Of a stretch of DNA of 64,000 nt, positions 40,863-55,863 are shown piece by piece. This stretch comes from Eledone cirrhosa. Its lineage: Eukaryota. Below the pieces are notes generated by a model. It had not been told where the DNA came from. It did no database searches and was given only the letters and a program-made list of their open reading frames with translations. The stretch covers positions 325,686,001 through 325,750,000 of the forward strand of contig OZ024742.1 in assembly GCA_964016885.1 (NCBI GenBank), read 5' to 3'. Numbering within the stretch: the stretch's first letter is position 1; every line of letters begins with the position of its first letter. Made by a program: the position numbers and the translations under genes.

Positions 40863-42854
40863 TTACCTTACTTCTCGTAGGGGAAGGACGGTTTTTCCAT
40901 CCTTTTCACTGCTTGTGGCCTCCTCAGGAAGGATGTCCTTATAAATCCTCCTGGAGAGTGCTTGTCGGAAGTCTCCGATGTCTTTGGGGAATTCTTGTTT
41001 TAGTGTCATGTACGTTTTCTGTGTGATGCGAGTGATTTGTATGTGTGGAGGTGGTGTTAATTTTGGGGTTGTTGTGTAGTCTTTTTCTGTGATGCTGGTG
41101 TTGTGTTGGATGTAGTGTAATAATTGCTTGTTGTTCAAATTTAATGCTGTGTAGTGTGTATCGTTTTGGTTGTTTTGTTTTGTTTGCGTTTGTTGTGGGT
41201 TTGTTTCTGTTTCGCACTTTGGTGACTTTTGTGGTGTAGGTGATGGTGGTGTTGGAGTTAATGATGGTGTTGGTGTTTGGGTTGATGGGGTTGGTGATGC
41301 TGGTGTGGATGGTGGCTTATCTGTCCTAACATTTTTGTTTCTTAGTTTATTTGTTTCCCTCTGTATTTTGTTTTTGGAGGGGGAAGGAAGAGAATTTTTT
41401 CTTTTTTGGTTTCCCTTTTTTTTTCCGGATATCGTTTCCCACTCCTCGTCGTCACAATCTGTCTCCAGTTGTGATAGGCCGGGGAGTGGAAAATCCTCCA
41501 CAGCCGTTAGTTTTGGTTGTGGTGTGGTGGATGGTGTAGTCACTGGTGCTAGTTCTGAAGCGTTGGTGGTGGTGGTGTTGGTTTTGCTGGTGGTAGTAGT
41601 GGTGTTGGTTTTGCTACTGTTGCTGGGGTTGTTGCTGTTATAGTTGCTTCTGTTGTTGCTGTTACAGTTGTTGTTGCCATCTCTGCTACTGGTGGTGTTG
41701 ATGGTTGTGTCACTGGTGTGGGTAGGAGAGGTGGCCTCAACCTTTTAGCCTGAGGGCAGAAAGCCCTTAGGTGGGTTCCTTCACCACAAACGACACACCT
41801 AGGTCTTCTGCCCTCGACAATTACCGTGAGGTGGCTGCCGTCAGTGAGGTCTATTACCTCTGGGATCTCCTCAATGCTTTTTTGGTCCGCTTGGATTAGG
41901 AGCTCCATCCCAGATCCGGACCAGTTTTCCTGCTTTTCTTTTGCTATTGCTATTATTTTCGTGTTGGCTTCGATGCCGGCGAGGACAGCCGCTATTAGCC
42001 AGGGAATTTCGATGGCCGGTGGAACGTGGGTCACCCTGATCTTTACGAGTCTCTGGCCACAATAGCTTGGGACGAGTGTGAAGTCGTCACTTTTTAATGG
42101 GGCCATGGAGTGTTCTCTAGCCTCCTCTGGTGTTTCAAAGAACACATCCACGGTTCCATACTTTTGCCCACGTCTGATGTGGGTTTTTCTTGCCCACACA
42201 TGTCCCAAAGCTTTTTGGATTTGGGACTATGATGCCCGTTCCACTCGGCGCGATTTTACATTTATTGTTCTATACGACACGGTGCATAGGCGCCGATGCT
42301 CCATTTTATTAGGTGGGGTGGGGGTGAGGCTGACCCTGTACCCATCTTTCTTTACCATTTGTTTGGCATTTTCTAAATCCACTTGAGATACAGTGAATGC
42401 TTCGAATTGTTTTGCCACTATGGCGAAACTGAAGGTCGGTTTTATAATGTCATTGTTGTTGTTGTTGCTATCGTTATTTGTGTTAATATTAATTTTAGTT
42501 TCAGTTGTGGTGGTGGTGACGTCAGTCGTCTTTGGTGCGGAAGAGTCCATGTTGCTTAATTTCATTTCGACATCACGAGTTAATTTATTTTTTTCTTCTT
42601 TTGTTTCTGTTGTCGAGGTGGTGGTGGGGGTGGTGGTTGTCGCGGTGGTGGTGGTGGTGGAGGCTTTAACACCTGCAGTCATTGGTAATGGCGGGAAATG
42701 AATGTCTGCCTGAGACAAATTTAAAATATTGCTACTGCTTATATTTTTTTTTGTGTTGGCAAACGTAGTAAAAATTTACAATGGTGGTGTCGGTGTGAGG
42801 TGTTATTTTGTGAGGAAGGCTTTCAGCTGCTTCGTGCAGAGGGGAATTAGCCAT
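40863..42854 (-). pseudogene. Family B ORF1
   Basis: ORFs 42227-42718, 41549-42208, 40863-41543; knuckle CVVCGEGTHLRAFC. Confidence 0.85.
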
Positions 42855-43063
42855 TTTTTTTCAAAGAAATTTTTTGGATAATAATAAAAGTTAAAATTTT
42901 GGGCACAAGGCCCCAATCTTTTTGGGTGTCATTTTCGGAAAACAATGTATGTGTGCTTATAAACAGTTAACAATAAAATTTTCCATAAATGGCAATTTTT
43001 AACAAACGGAAATAACAAACCTTTGCGGAGCTCACGATGATACGATTTACTACGTAGGTCGCC

Positions 43064-43091
<28 letters not shown>

Positions 43092-43094
<3 letters not shown>

Positions 43095-43822
43095 CTAATG
43101 GCTGCGCAAGAGCAGGCCCTCAAAATGAACTCGTTGAAACACCATATTTACAAGGAGGAGGCTATCCCACTGTGCAGGATCTGTGGAGAGAGGGAGGAGA
43201 CTGTGGCTCACATTGTATCCGAGTGTAAACACCTAGCCCAGACTCACTATAAAGGCTGGAGACATGATGTGATGGGCAGGGTGATCCACTGGAACCTATG
43301 CAAAGTAAACAATTTACCACATTCTGAGAAGTGGTATGAGCATAAGCCAGAGTCGGTGATAGAAAACGATCAGGTGAAGGTGCTATGGGATTTTAGGGTA
43401 CAGACGGACAAGAAACTGGAACACAATAGACCTGACCTGGTGGTTTTGGACAAGGAAAAAATTCCGTGCCTGATTGTGGATGTGGCTTGCCCTTTCGACA
43501 CGAGAATGCAAGAGAAGGAGAGGGAGAAAATTAACCGATACCAGGACTTAAAGTTGGAGGTAAAAAGGATTTGGAACTGCCATGTAGTCAATGTGGTCCC
43601 GATTGTCATAGGCCAATTAGGTACTATCTTAAAAGGTTTCCAGAGATGGTTAAAGAAAATTGGCTCCGCCACGCTTTTTGGAACGCTTCAAAAGGCATGC
43701 TTGCTGGCAACAGCAAGTACCCTGCGATACGTCCTGAATATCTGAGGCTGCAGGTAGTGGCTTGATATTCATTTCAACAACCTTTCCAGTTAACTAACAT
43801 CAATGACTGAGACTCAAAGAAC
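43092..43822 (+). mobile_element. Family A 5'-truncated copy (knuckle, RLE, 3' UTR)
   Basis: ORF 43092-43745; (TAA)n on both sides. Confidence 0.93.
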
Positions 43823-43850
43823 AATAATAATAATAATAATAATAATAAAA

Positions 43851-46325
43851 GGGAAGAAAACGCACATGGTGGATATATATTGTTATGGAATCATTCCCGT
43901 AAGTTTTTGATTTTAACTTATTTAAAACAACTGTGACAGAATAATTCTTATTACAAATGAAATATAAGATTACAGTTTTTTGCTCTCAGCAAGCGACAAC
44001 CCATTACATTATGGCATAGCGCCCCAATATTGAATATTTAATTTTGGATCAGAAATGTTATAGTCGAAAAAGAGAAAAATGGCTAAGTGGCCAAACAGGC
44101 AAATAATTTCACCACCAACACCACCACCGCCACCATCACCACTACCACGCCCAACACTCTAGTCAAGTTACTTCAACTTCTATTTCTACTCAACTTCAAC
44201 ACCATCACGACAGTACTACGATCGCATCACCACTACCACTGCCTCATTATCGCTACCGCCGCTATTCTCTCCCACTACCTCCTTCTAAGTACTACTAGCA
44301 CATCACCACCACCACCACTGCCTCATTATCGCTACCGCCGTTATTCTCTCCCACTACCTCCTGCTAAGACAGGCATCGTAGTATTCCCACTCAATGAGGA
44401 AGCCATCAAAAGATATAAATAGACTGTTTTGATGACCCGGTCAAAAAATCAAAAAATCAAAAATCAAAATCAAAACAGCACAGCATCAACGAAAAACGTA
44501 AGGTAAAGAAAAAAGAAAAGAAAAACAAACAGACAGACAGACAAGCAAAAAAACTAAGTCAGACATTCAAACATTACATTACAATGAAACTTATGCTTAT
44601 TTTTTGGGTTTTTACCTGTTTGTTTGTTTGTTTATTTATGTTCGTCGACAGCGTGATAGTGCCACGCTAAAATCACCGAGGGTGATAAATTCACCGGTTG
44701 CTATGTAACCATACATTCAACAATCCTCGATATGAGTGTTTAAATGTCGAACCTAAACAGTTCGAATAACGGTGAAGTGGAGACTGGAATGTCAGAAGAC
44801 AGACTCTCACCCAGCAGGTGCTCCCTGGCCCAACAGCAGGGACCTGACTGTCATCCAAATACTGCTGGTATTGGAGGAAGAAGAAGGAAAGGGACCAGAA
44901 CCAACTGGACGAAAGAATTGAATAGAACTGTTATGCAATGTTACCTGAAGTGTAACCCCAAGGAAAAAGGCTATAGAAAACGGATGCATAGCATCTGGAA
45001 CGAGATTGGTCTCTTTAAATTAGATGAACAAAAATTGGCCGGGCAGGCTCGGATAATAAGAACTAATGGGTGGATAAGCGAGCCTGAACTGGAGGAACTC
45101 AGCAGAGAGATTAGATTGGAAATGGAAAGTGGAGTATGCCAGACAAACGAGCCAGTGGGAAATGAAGGTGAAGAGGTTGAGAGAACGGAGGAAGCATCCG
45201 AAGCAGACAATGATCTGAATGCTGAAATAAATAATACCTGGAACAAAGATACGGCCATTGAGTAGATGAATGCTGACGGGCTAGGGCAAGATTTGGTTGA
45301 TATCCTAAACTTAGTAGTAGATGAAATGAACAATGATAGTGGGAAACCTAGGAACCTAAGAATTGTAGACAGGAAAAAGTTAAAAGAAACAACAGCTAAG
45401 GTAAACAAAGTCATACCATACCTTGAGGCGAGGAACCTTCACCAATGCAACATTATCCTCAAAGCAATAGCAAATGCGGTAAGAAAATTACTTGGCATAA
45501 AAGCGAGAGGAAACAACAAACAAGAAAGATCAGAATCTTGGTGGAAGAAACGACTGAATGGTCAAATCAGGGAAATGAGAAATGACATTGGAAAGCTTGA
45601 GTCCCTACTGAATGGGACACTACAAAACAGAGTGGAAATAAAGTACAAAACCAGGAGGAAAAAGCTAAATATTATCATAGAGGAACTGAAGCAACGCATT
45701 GTATCAAAGAGCGCAAAGATTAGGCGATACGAGAGCAGAGTCAGTCAGTATAGACAGAACCGCATGTTTGACAACAACCAGAAGATGTGGTTTGGACAGC
45801 TTGAAGGGAAAGAAAGAAGCAACGACTTGATCCCTGAGGCGGAACAAACTAAGACATTCTGGAAAGGAATATGGGAGCTGGATGATAATGAACATAATGA
45901 TCAGGCAGTGTGAATTTAGAGAGGACAAAAGGAGATTAGTGAACAGGCACACCAACAAACTGATTTCATCATCACAGTTGAAACTCTTAAGGGGCAGACC
46001 AAAAAAACTAACCAACTGGAAATCACCAGTCCCCGATGGTGTGCAAGTGTATTGGATTACAAGCATAACATCCCTCCACCCGAAACTGACAACCATGTTC
46101 AATGACTGCTTGATGTCGGGTGAGGTACCAGAGTGGTTGACAAAAGGTACCACAGTTCTGGTAATGAAAGACCGAATCAATGGTAATGATGTTACCAACT
46201 ATAGACCAATCACATGTCTATCCGTAATGTGGAAACTGTTAACAAGTATTGTGTCTGAGGAAATCTACCATCACCTCCACATAAACAACTTGCTACCGGA
46301 CGAACAGAAAGGATGCCGAAAGAAA
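43851..46325 (+). mobile_element. Family A 5' half, 3' part missing
   Basis: 5' GGGAAGAAAACGCAC; ORF from 44744 (MSNLNSS) to EQKGCRKK, then a degenerate AAT tract. Confidence 0.9.
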
Positions 46326-46406
46326 AACAACAGCAATAATAATGGTGATAATAAAATTAGTAATAATAGTAATAATGAAGGCGGTGGTGGTGGTGGTGGT
46401 GGTAAT

Positions 46407-46460
46407 GATTTCTTTATTTACCACAAAGAGTTTGTATGAAGAAAACATTAAGGATAGCAT
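46407..46460 (-). mobile_element. Degraded Tx1-like 3' terminal stub
   Basis: gatttctttatttaccacaaagagtttgtatgaagaaaacattaagga matches 31497-31545. Confidence 0.7.
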
Positions 46461-46474
46461 TAATAATAATAAAA

Positions 46475-48450
46475 CAGATGGCCAAGAAATAACTGGCTGG
46501 TAGCCGGCGGGCAGTAACTGTGTCTCATAGGTAAGAAGAGCACACTAATATTGGTTGATAATTTTCCTGGAGGTGGTATATTAAAATAGAATTACTCCTT
46601 GGCGGCGAAGGATAAAACAGACTGAAACAACAAAACAAAACCCACAAAAATACAAACAGAAACACATACCGTATCCATGTGATCGGTTTCAGCAAGGGTC
46701 ATCTCGATCAGGAAGGGTTCAGCCTAGTTTTGAAAGGTTTGCAGTTGAAACAGGCTCTTGTCCAAACACGTATTAGAATGGTCGCTTGTACTAGATTAAT
46801 CTCAAATCAAGCCCTTCATGTTCAGCACGACATGGAAGACAAAAATTCAGCGTATGAAATGAATTCTCTCATACTCATTCTTTCACTCATTGGGTAAAAC
46901 ATCGGAATCAAAACACTCAGTAAATTATTTTAGGGTATGAGGGGAAGAAATCCAGAAATTAGGCCAAACTTAGACGAAAACAAAAAAGGTAAATGTAAGA
47001 AGAGATATTATTAGAAGCAACATTATTATTAGAGACTAACAGATACAATATTAAATGAAGTAAGCAAGAATATTGAAAAGGATTGAGATTACCAATATCA
47101 GAAAGTGTTGGAAATGAATATGTTACAGAAGAGACACCACAGATCATATTGAGTACGTTTTCACCTGGAGAGATTTCACAGAAAATTGAAAGTATCAGGA
47201 ACACAATTGAGCAGGGCTAAACTGAAAGACAGATTGATAATATGGATGTCGATATTTTTACTCATGAACAAATAGATCAAGGGTAACAAACAAGACAATA
47301 AATTCTCAATGAACTTGGAAAAAAAATATATATATATATATGTATGGCCTCAGCCGGATGGCTGAAACGGGTAATAGAGTAAAAGAGTAAAAGAATGTGA
47401 AAAAGTCTCCTTGCAAAATTTGAGAAGAAGCATTCAGAATAAAAGACACATAAAGACTGGAAATCAAGAAGTGAAGAGATAGAGCCTAATGTATCAGCAT
47501 TGAATGAGGTTATCTGTGCAGCAGCAATGGTAATATGAAATAAAATGTGCATTGAGGAAAAAGCGAAAAGGACACACAACTCACAAAAACCAACATGGGG
47601 GATAGAAATTGAGAAAGAAATTGAAATGGCGAGGGGAAAAATATCGAGCTTAGATGAAATATGTTTTTGGAAATCTGAGTGATTAAGAAATACAAAAAAA
47701 TCTTCAAAACCTAATACTTCATCAATCAAAGAGACCCTGAAAATACAGCTGGAAGATTTGAAAAGAGAAATAAGTTTTACAGGCAAAATAATCTCTTTAT
47801 GTGAGATTACAAAACGTTTTACAAGGAAATTGAGACACAGACAATTCAAGTAAAGGGATTCCCTCCAATTGTTAAGATTGAACAATTTTGGAAAACAATA
47901 TGGAGTAGAGAACCATCTTATAATGTGAAAGCAGAATGGATACAAAACATGCAAGAGGCGTACAATAATTTAGAAAGGCAGATGTGGCAAGACATATCTA
48001 TTGAAGAGCTGGAGTTAACACTAAACAAAGTCAACAAATGGAAATCTCCTGACATTGATAAAGTGGCAAACGTCTGGTTATCTTCGCTAACTGCTACTCT
48101 TGGTACGTTAGGAAAATCCTATGAAAATCCTGAGAAACGTCTGATTGGTTTGCTCAAGGTATAACATATTTGTTAACAAAATCTACAGCAACAAATATTC
48201 TTTAAAATGATTACCCTATCACTTGCTTTCCCACATCATATACAATTCTCAGCTCAATCGTGACTGAGACAAGCGACAAATTTATGGATGGAAATCATGA
48301 AAGATTGTCGCCGTGGTACTTACGTTTGAAAATACTCACACCGCTGTCTTTAGCACTCAACAAAACAAAATGTGGCTATAAAACAGGCAGCAAAATCGAG
48401 AGTGCCCGTAAGATTATAAGCCCAAAGGTAATAGGAATTAGAAAAGAGTG
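46475..48450 (+). mobile_element. Old degraded R4/Dong-like family E (related to D)
   Basis: WQDISIEELELTLNKVNKWKSPDIDKVANVW aligns with D WENITVEQLRLALRKTSKWKSPGKDKIQNFW; its 5' motif is shared with D. Confidence 0.75.
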
Positions 48451-49225
48451 AGAATGGTAGAATTTTATCATAGCAACTTTATTGATCGCAAATACTTTCG
48501 GATTCACCATCCATTATCAGGGAAGCCGTGGAAGCGGCTTAGAGAGCAATCTGAGAAGGTCTGGTGATGGCTGTTCGATTTAATTTATTGGAGGTGACCA
48601 CAGTAAGGTCTTCAATATATTAGTAGCTTGTAGACATTACATTTAATATAGAACTGTTTTGTACAGGACTACAAGAGAACTATCGGAAAAACCTGATAAT
48701 TTATTTTAAATGAAAGTTCTAGCCCAGTAGAATCTATTTCTATATTAAACTTGGTATATATATGATTAAGTAACGACTGTGTCAAAAGCTGGTTCTATAC
48801 TCGACCCAGCTGTTGGAAATGCAAGAGCTCAACCGTCGGGCCCCTCGGTTTTATAATATAGCCATACTCTGCTTCCCTAAGTATCGCGTATTCTGATAAG
48901 TAATGTTCTAAATAGTTTCACACTGCATTTATATATATATATATATATATATCATAAAACATGTCTATAGAATCACCAGATATAATATATACTGTTTCCT
49001 CTCCCAATTAGCATAATTAATCATATAAAAAATCGATTAGACCAAGCTATAAGAATAAAGGCTTCTATGAAGAAATCTCCGACAAATAACCGAAAGCAGC
49101 CCTTCGCGGCGGTTGCGACGGAGTATTTATCGAGTATTTCGACAGCATGTATAAATCGACCAGATATACAGTCAACTAAACAGAATTAGGTGTAAAATAA
49201 ACTAGGAGAAAAGTGAACATATTTA

Positions 49226-49309
49226 GTTACCTCTACCATGGTTTCGTCCGCATTTTAAGATATCCGATAACATTGGACATCTGGAGCACCGGACTATTCA
49301 GGAGTTAGC
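49226..49309 (-). ncRNA. Degenerate type I minimal hammerhead ribozyme (PLE-type)
   Basis: gctaactc CTGAATA GTCCG...CGGAC GAAAC CATG GTA gaggtaac; one core mismatch, palindromic loop III. Confidence 0.55.
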
Positions 49310-49505
49310 TCAAATTTAGACAATTAATTTTCCAAAGTGATCACGCCAAGAATACATTCAAAAATGGCTAGGAATCGTGACGTAGCAACGGTCAGGTTAG
49401 AAAGAATGTGATTAGTTGGTTACGGTTGGTGACCTTTTGCTAGAAAGTGACCCGTTGCAAATCACACACACACACATACACACACATATATATATATATG
49501 TAAAC

Positions 49506-49540
<35 letters not shown>

Positions 49541-49547
<7 letters not shown>

Positions 49548-49975
49548 AGCACAATCCGGCCGCTACATATCCGGATCAAGGAGAACATCAACACCAGGGC
49601 CTCGTTTTTACGGAAACACATAACCAAATGCGGAAACAAAGACGGAAGGCCCATTGTCACAGTTCTAGCGACAGAACGCAATGTCGGCACATTACGAATC
49701 AAGGAAGCTCCTTGGATCAAACGCCTAGGACTACAAATAAATGAGCCATCCGAGAGAAGCGAAACGAGGTGGCTGGTGTAAACAAGCGAGACAACATCAC
49801 ACGCACACACACAGTGGCATTCGAACGATTGACAGAATATATCAGTTACACACAAACGGCGGACAACAGAGGCGACGTACCGGTCCTCTCCGACAGATAA
49901 CTTTCCCCCCTCGGAAAACACCGCAGTTGATGGATGCAAAATCCGAAATATAGGGACAAATAAATCTCTCCCAAG
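49541..49975 (+). mobile_element. Penelope-like element 3' remnant: GIY-YIG endonuclease (to 49781) and pLTR
   Basis: YIGSTIRPLHIRIKE...LRIKEAPWIKRLGLQIN; downstream gga-tcc-GAAA hammerhead-like relic and AATAAA. Confidence 0.8.
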
Positions 49976-50173
49976 GTAACTCTATTTATTTTACGCTCTT
50001 TCCTACGTTCCTCTACACACTATACATCTCATTTTACATTTCCTTTACATCTCTCTCTTCACCACCGGATTCTGTTACTACCCGGAGATTTACCCATCTG
50101 CATTGGTGAGACTTCCAAAACGACCAAATGTTTAATTATTCCACAATGCTTCAAGCGAACTTCAATACTCTCT

Positions 50174-50213
<40 letters not shown>

Positions 50214-51164
50214 CATGAGTGTGTGCGTGAGTGTGTGCGTGTGTGCGTGTGTGTGTTTGTGTGTGGAGGTAGATGGGGATGTCTCAGAGAGAGATAATTA
50301 GAGTGAGTATTTGTGTATTTGCGTATATATATATATATAGGCTTGTGATTAACTGTTACAATATGTATTAAATATTGTCGATGTATCTGAGATGCATTGT
50401 CGATCAATCATGATAAAAAGATTTCAAATATTTATTTCTTGCGATCGGTTTTATCTTCGATCTTCATCAGATATCTTATTCCTGGATGTTTCCATACTAT
50501 GAGAGTGGATTACAATTAAGAAACATCGTTTGATTAAAATCTTTTTTTCTGTTTACCAAATGGCATATGGCAGACATCATGTAAATATTTCCCTGCAGAA
50601 TGTAGCTTGGGAATATTTACTAAAGTTTTTCTTTTCATATTTCATTATTTTAGAGATATATTGTAACTCAAAGCAGTATATTACTTTCTGATGCATTATT
50701 AGCTGCGAATGAACTATGCTTCCCTAGAGACTTAATAAAATACACTCATGCCAGGTGTTGTGATCATTCCTCCACACGTTAATATTTTATCCATGGGTAT
50801 TTCGGAAATTTTCCTTCATTCTCCTTTCAAGATTAATTGATATATTAACGCTATTGACGCCATTTTTCATTATGGCTAAAGATTAAATTTTGAAATTATT
50901 TACTGATCATAAACTTCCGTATAGATAATTTCAGATATATAAAACAGTTACTCAAGAATCGAATCAGTTACCTAGGTGCGAAGAGATAATTGTGGATCTG
51001 AGAGTTCATTTTGGATTTCACTGACTCAAAGAGCACATATACATTAACATTAATTCAATTTGAAGATAATGTATAACAAAACAGTATAGTATAACTGTCT
51101 TCTCTAAGCCAACTTGTTTATACTTACATATATATATATATATGTATATACATATGTATACATA

Positions 51165-51224
<60 letters not shown>

Positions 51225-51584
51225 AACATCCGTATGTAATTAAGGTCTTGTCTACATATATCTCAATCTGCACATTAACTAGTTAACTACCCAAGCAAGA
51301 TGATCGAATAAAACAACATGATCATATAGACATGATAATATAGACATGACCTTAATCACTTGCTAATGAATGACATTCCTAGGTTTTAATGATACTTATT
51401 CTAAGATCGATAATTGGTGATTGAGCCCAATCATTAAATTGGTTATAAGCATCATGTTTTCAAATTTGTCAGGTCAGGAAACCACCGTATACGTGCACTT
51501 TGCAATTTCGGTTTGATAATTTCTTTAATTGTATACGTTTATTATTTGTCCTTCCATATGTATGTGCATAATATTTTACGCATA

Positions 51585-51616
<32 letters not shown>

Positions 51617-52413
51617 AGTGTATAATAAACAAGTACTACGATTACGATAGTCCATCCCTATTTATTTTGTTGTACGTATTTCGAAGATGTATGGCTTTTG
51701 TATAACATCAGTCAACATGTTATCTTCAGATAAAATCCACAGGAGATGTAAATATCAGTTGATTTGCAAGCGGTCACACGAGTTATTTACTTTGGCGACT
51801 TGCCAGTATAGGCTTGGAAAGACTTCACGCGTTATGTATTATAAGAGTGGGAGTTATATCTTACAGTTGGGGTTGCTGTTTTTAAACTGGCTAGGGTATC
51901 AGGTTACCGGATTGGTAAATTAGTTCAAAGGAAAACATGTATGGACTGTTAGTCTATTTTTTTCCTTTTATGCTAGATTTTATTCACTTAGACACTATTT
52001 CAAATTTTCGATATTTTTTCGAAGGTGGTCAGCCAAATAGACAACAACTTGCCCTGACCGCCTTCGAGTCAAAAACATTTTGCTCTGTTTATTTTAGCCT
52101 TTTGGATTGTGTTTACTATTATTCCTTTATTATATAACTTTTATGTAATAAACACCTGATGATGTCACGAGGATCTTACGGGACTTGGTCACTCAAATGT
52201 ACATAGTGTTTTCTATAATGAATCTTTGGAGTAATTTCACCAGTCCGCCCTCCTGTCATTTTACTCAATAATAATCAATTCCGTACTCGCACCACCAACA
52301 AGATTCAACATCGAAGATGGATGAGTTGCATAACGTCGAGTGCTTTTCCTAATAATTCATCATGGTGGACTATACGGAATGACCAGTATATATATATATA
52401 TATATATGTATAT

Positions 52414-52502
<89 letters not shown>

Positions 52503-53765
52503 GGGAGAGTTAAGAGAAATTATGAAATCATCGCATCAATAACAATTTCATTTAGTCTTTTAACTAATGTTCTATGCCCAAAATGTATTAGTTTCAATTC
52601 AAACGATTTTGGTGATTGTATTGAGCAGTTACCAATGGTCTTTTGTTGTTGTTGTTGATGTTATTATTATTTTTTTATTTTTTTATTATTATTATCATGG
52701 CTGTTGTTGTTGTTGTCATTGTTGTTTTCATTATCTTGTGTTTGCATTGGTTAATTAACTAAATTTATATTTAGATTAATTTTTATTTAATAAATTTCAA
52801 GCGAGATCTGAAGGCCATATACTTTATGGCTATGCAAATCCCTTTCCTTCTAGCATTAAGTAGATTTGTTTGTTTATGGCTGTATGGTAGAGATGGGGTT
52901 GTCTTATATAATGGCTTGTTTGCTTCATCAACTTGGCAATTTAATAAATTTGGTTGATTAAATGTTAGCTAACCGGTCACATTTGACTGAATTTTCTAAT
53001 AATCTGCTATCGTTATTCCTCCCGTATTTAAATAAGTTAGTGTTAGAAAGACATGCAACAAAACATATACGAGTACTATATATCAATGACTGGCATATCA
53101 AGGTGTAGAAGTGTGCAACAAATATTCATTAGTTAAAATTGCCTCGTCGTCGTTACATGTGTGCTTATTAGAATTTAACCTATAATTTCATCATGTTCAA
53201 TAAAATATTTTGCAGTATGTATTCTGGTTATGTGTGGCCTTTCATCATCAACAGATTGATAAATAAAATATCAGTCATGATGTCGGATTAGCAGTATGAG
53301 TAGAGTGTCAGGTGAATTACTTTGTGGTATCTATTTTAATCGTATACAGCGAACAGACCGTGTCATTTTTTACTGAGATTCATTTTGATAAGTTAAATTA
53401 CAGACGTCTCTGGTGACAATGATTAGTTCAAAATACTGTTTTTGCATTACCATTTGCTGTGAAGCTGTATCAGCATTGGCGGCGTTTTGCGGGGAGATAC
53501 TCAGGTATTGGAAACAAATGGTCTTCTATACAAATTCTTGTTTAGGCCAGCGCCCTGGAAAGCAACTTAAGAGGTGCAGATACACAGTGGGAAAACAATT
53601 GTGAGGAGTTTTAACCATACACAAAAAAACTGTCAATGTTAACCCTGGCTCATAAGTTTTACTTTATTGTTAAGAGCATTTAAGGATGGAAGTCTGTGTC
53701 TATCCTGGTAGGACATTACCCCAATATATATATATCCGTATATCTATCTTATATATATGTGTATG

Positions 53766-53841
<76 letters not shown>

Positions 53842-54115
53842 CATATATATATGTTGTTCATATTATACATAATATTCTACTCTACAATGTAATGCGTAAT
53901 TTTTATTTCCTCATATTTAAACCCAGGTTTGAATTGCAAAACAAGGAGATATACTCAATAAATTCACAATAAATCACATACATTCCTGCATTTACTTACA
54001 TACATCATGGGTTGGCTTCGCAAATGAAGATTAAGAAAGGGTTGGTATACGTTGACTGCAGGCATGCTCGGTCTTTCAAATACAATGAGGGATAAGCAGG
54101 TCTGGACAGGGTTTA

Positions 54116-54300
54116 ATGAAATGTTTTGCGTTTCTTTCTTCTGTGCATTTTGTCTTGAGAGTTGCCTTGCGGGGGCTTTCGAATAAGGACACAGCAAGAT
54201 TCATGCGCCAAGTCCTCAGTGTATCGTTGGCCATGATCGATATGGCAGGCACCAGAGGAGGTTTTTCAAACACTCCTTTATCGCTTATATTGTGCCCCTG
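54116..54300 (+). pseudogene. Possible DUF4806/BEN-like fragment of a DNA transposon
   Basis: GLSNKDTARFMRQVLSVSLAMIDMAGTRGGFSNTPLSLI resembles the motif as I recall it; unverified. Confidence 0.25.
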
Positions 54301-54599
54301 TTATGATGGCCGTACAGTCTTATCGTCTAAAAGAGCATGACCTTGACTGGTGACCTCTGCCTTTTCAAATCTTCAACGTTAGTGATGATATCACCCTAGT
54401 AAATGTACAGTATGGTGCGGAGGCAGCGCTGTGGAAAGCGATTCAGGGGTCGAAGGGGGTGAAGATAAGTGACCCACAACTCTGAAACATACAGGAGTAT
54501 TGTAAGAACTATGGCTTTGTACACTCTAATCATGATAACCCCTTCTTCGGGTGCTTTTTGTTCCACACACCTTTGGATACTCTGTCAAATGCACTTGTG

Positions 54600-54790
54600 G
54601 CCAATAAAGAAAATACAGCCCTTTACATTCTGAGTTCAAATCCCGCAGCTGTTAGCGTTGCCTTTCATATTTACTTTCATATTTACCCGGTCCATAAAAT
54701 AAAGTACCAGTCACACACTGGGGTTGATTTTATCGACTTTCCTCTTCCTCAAAATTGATGGCCTTGTTCTTAAATCAGAAACCATTACTA
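54600..54790 (+). mobile_element. SINE copy
   Basis: gagttcaaatccc...gcctttcat...ataaaataaagtaccagtcacacactgggg...ggccttgttcttaaatcagaaaccatta. Confidence 0.75.
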
Positions 54791-55550
54791 CTTTTTTTTG
54801 TAAGGCAAATAGCATACATATCCATTTAAAAGGAGAATAAATTTGAATGATTCCATAACCTTGTTAAATGGTTTAGAATGTTAACAACTGCCTACATTAC
54901 TCTATTGTGTTCGATAAAGTACGTCAAATGACTTGGGGATAACAAGTCTTAGCGGTAAACTCATTTATTCCATAATTTCCGTCAGAACATAGTACATATC
55001 TTCAAAAAAAGGCATATGCTATCATAAAATGAAGAAAGAAAATCTATAATACCGAAAGCAAATTCGAATATATTAGCAAGGTTAAGATAAGTGGAATTAC
55101 CTCAACATGTTATCAACGGTTTCACACAGGAGATTATGAGAATCTTCACTTCATCTGTCACACGTATTTTCCCCTTAAAATATATTCCTTTCATGGAATC
55201 TTAAAACTCATCTTAAGATATGCATACACACATTGAAACATTCATACGTTCACGAAGAAAACTTCAAACAAAGAGAATATAATAATGGTTCCTGTATAAT
55301 TATATTAGCCTCGTTATCATATTATAGAAAATATGTAAAATTATACAGCTTTATTTTTGTTTTTTTAATCTGAAATCAGGTAATGCTCATGCGCTAGTTT
55401 TCTGTATTCACAAAATATGAGATTTGAAAATCATTTGAACATAATATCTCCTGAAGCTATAAGCTTATTAGCGCTTTTGGCTCATTAATAACCTCGTGTG
55501 TACCTATCAATATATGGATATGATGTATGTATGCATTTATATATATATAA

Positions 55551-55588
<38 letters not shown>

Positions 55589-55605
55589 ACACACACACAC
55601 ACACG

Positions 55606-55668
<63 letters not shown>

Positions 55669-55680
55669 GTGTATGTGTGC

Positions 55681-55724
<44 letters not shown>

Positions 55725-55825
55725 GCACATATATATATATATATATGTATGTGTATATATATATATATATATATATACATACACACACACACATATATCT
55801 ATTCATATATATATATATATATATA

Positions 55826-55861
<36 letters not shown>

Positions 55862-55863
<2 letters not shown>

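Larger units (their letters stand above)
37568..43063 (-). mobile_element. Tx1-like family B, full-length ends, ~0.4-kb in-frame RT deletion
   Basis: 5' ATT|GGCGACCTACG; TEFKIL is joined directly to GTLRGVP at ~39240. Confidence 0.92.

Noticed and set aside
47277-47954. 225-aa hydrophobic minus-strand ORF
   Set aside because: Antisense to the A-rich degraded family E coding region.
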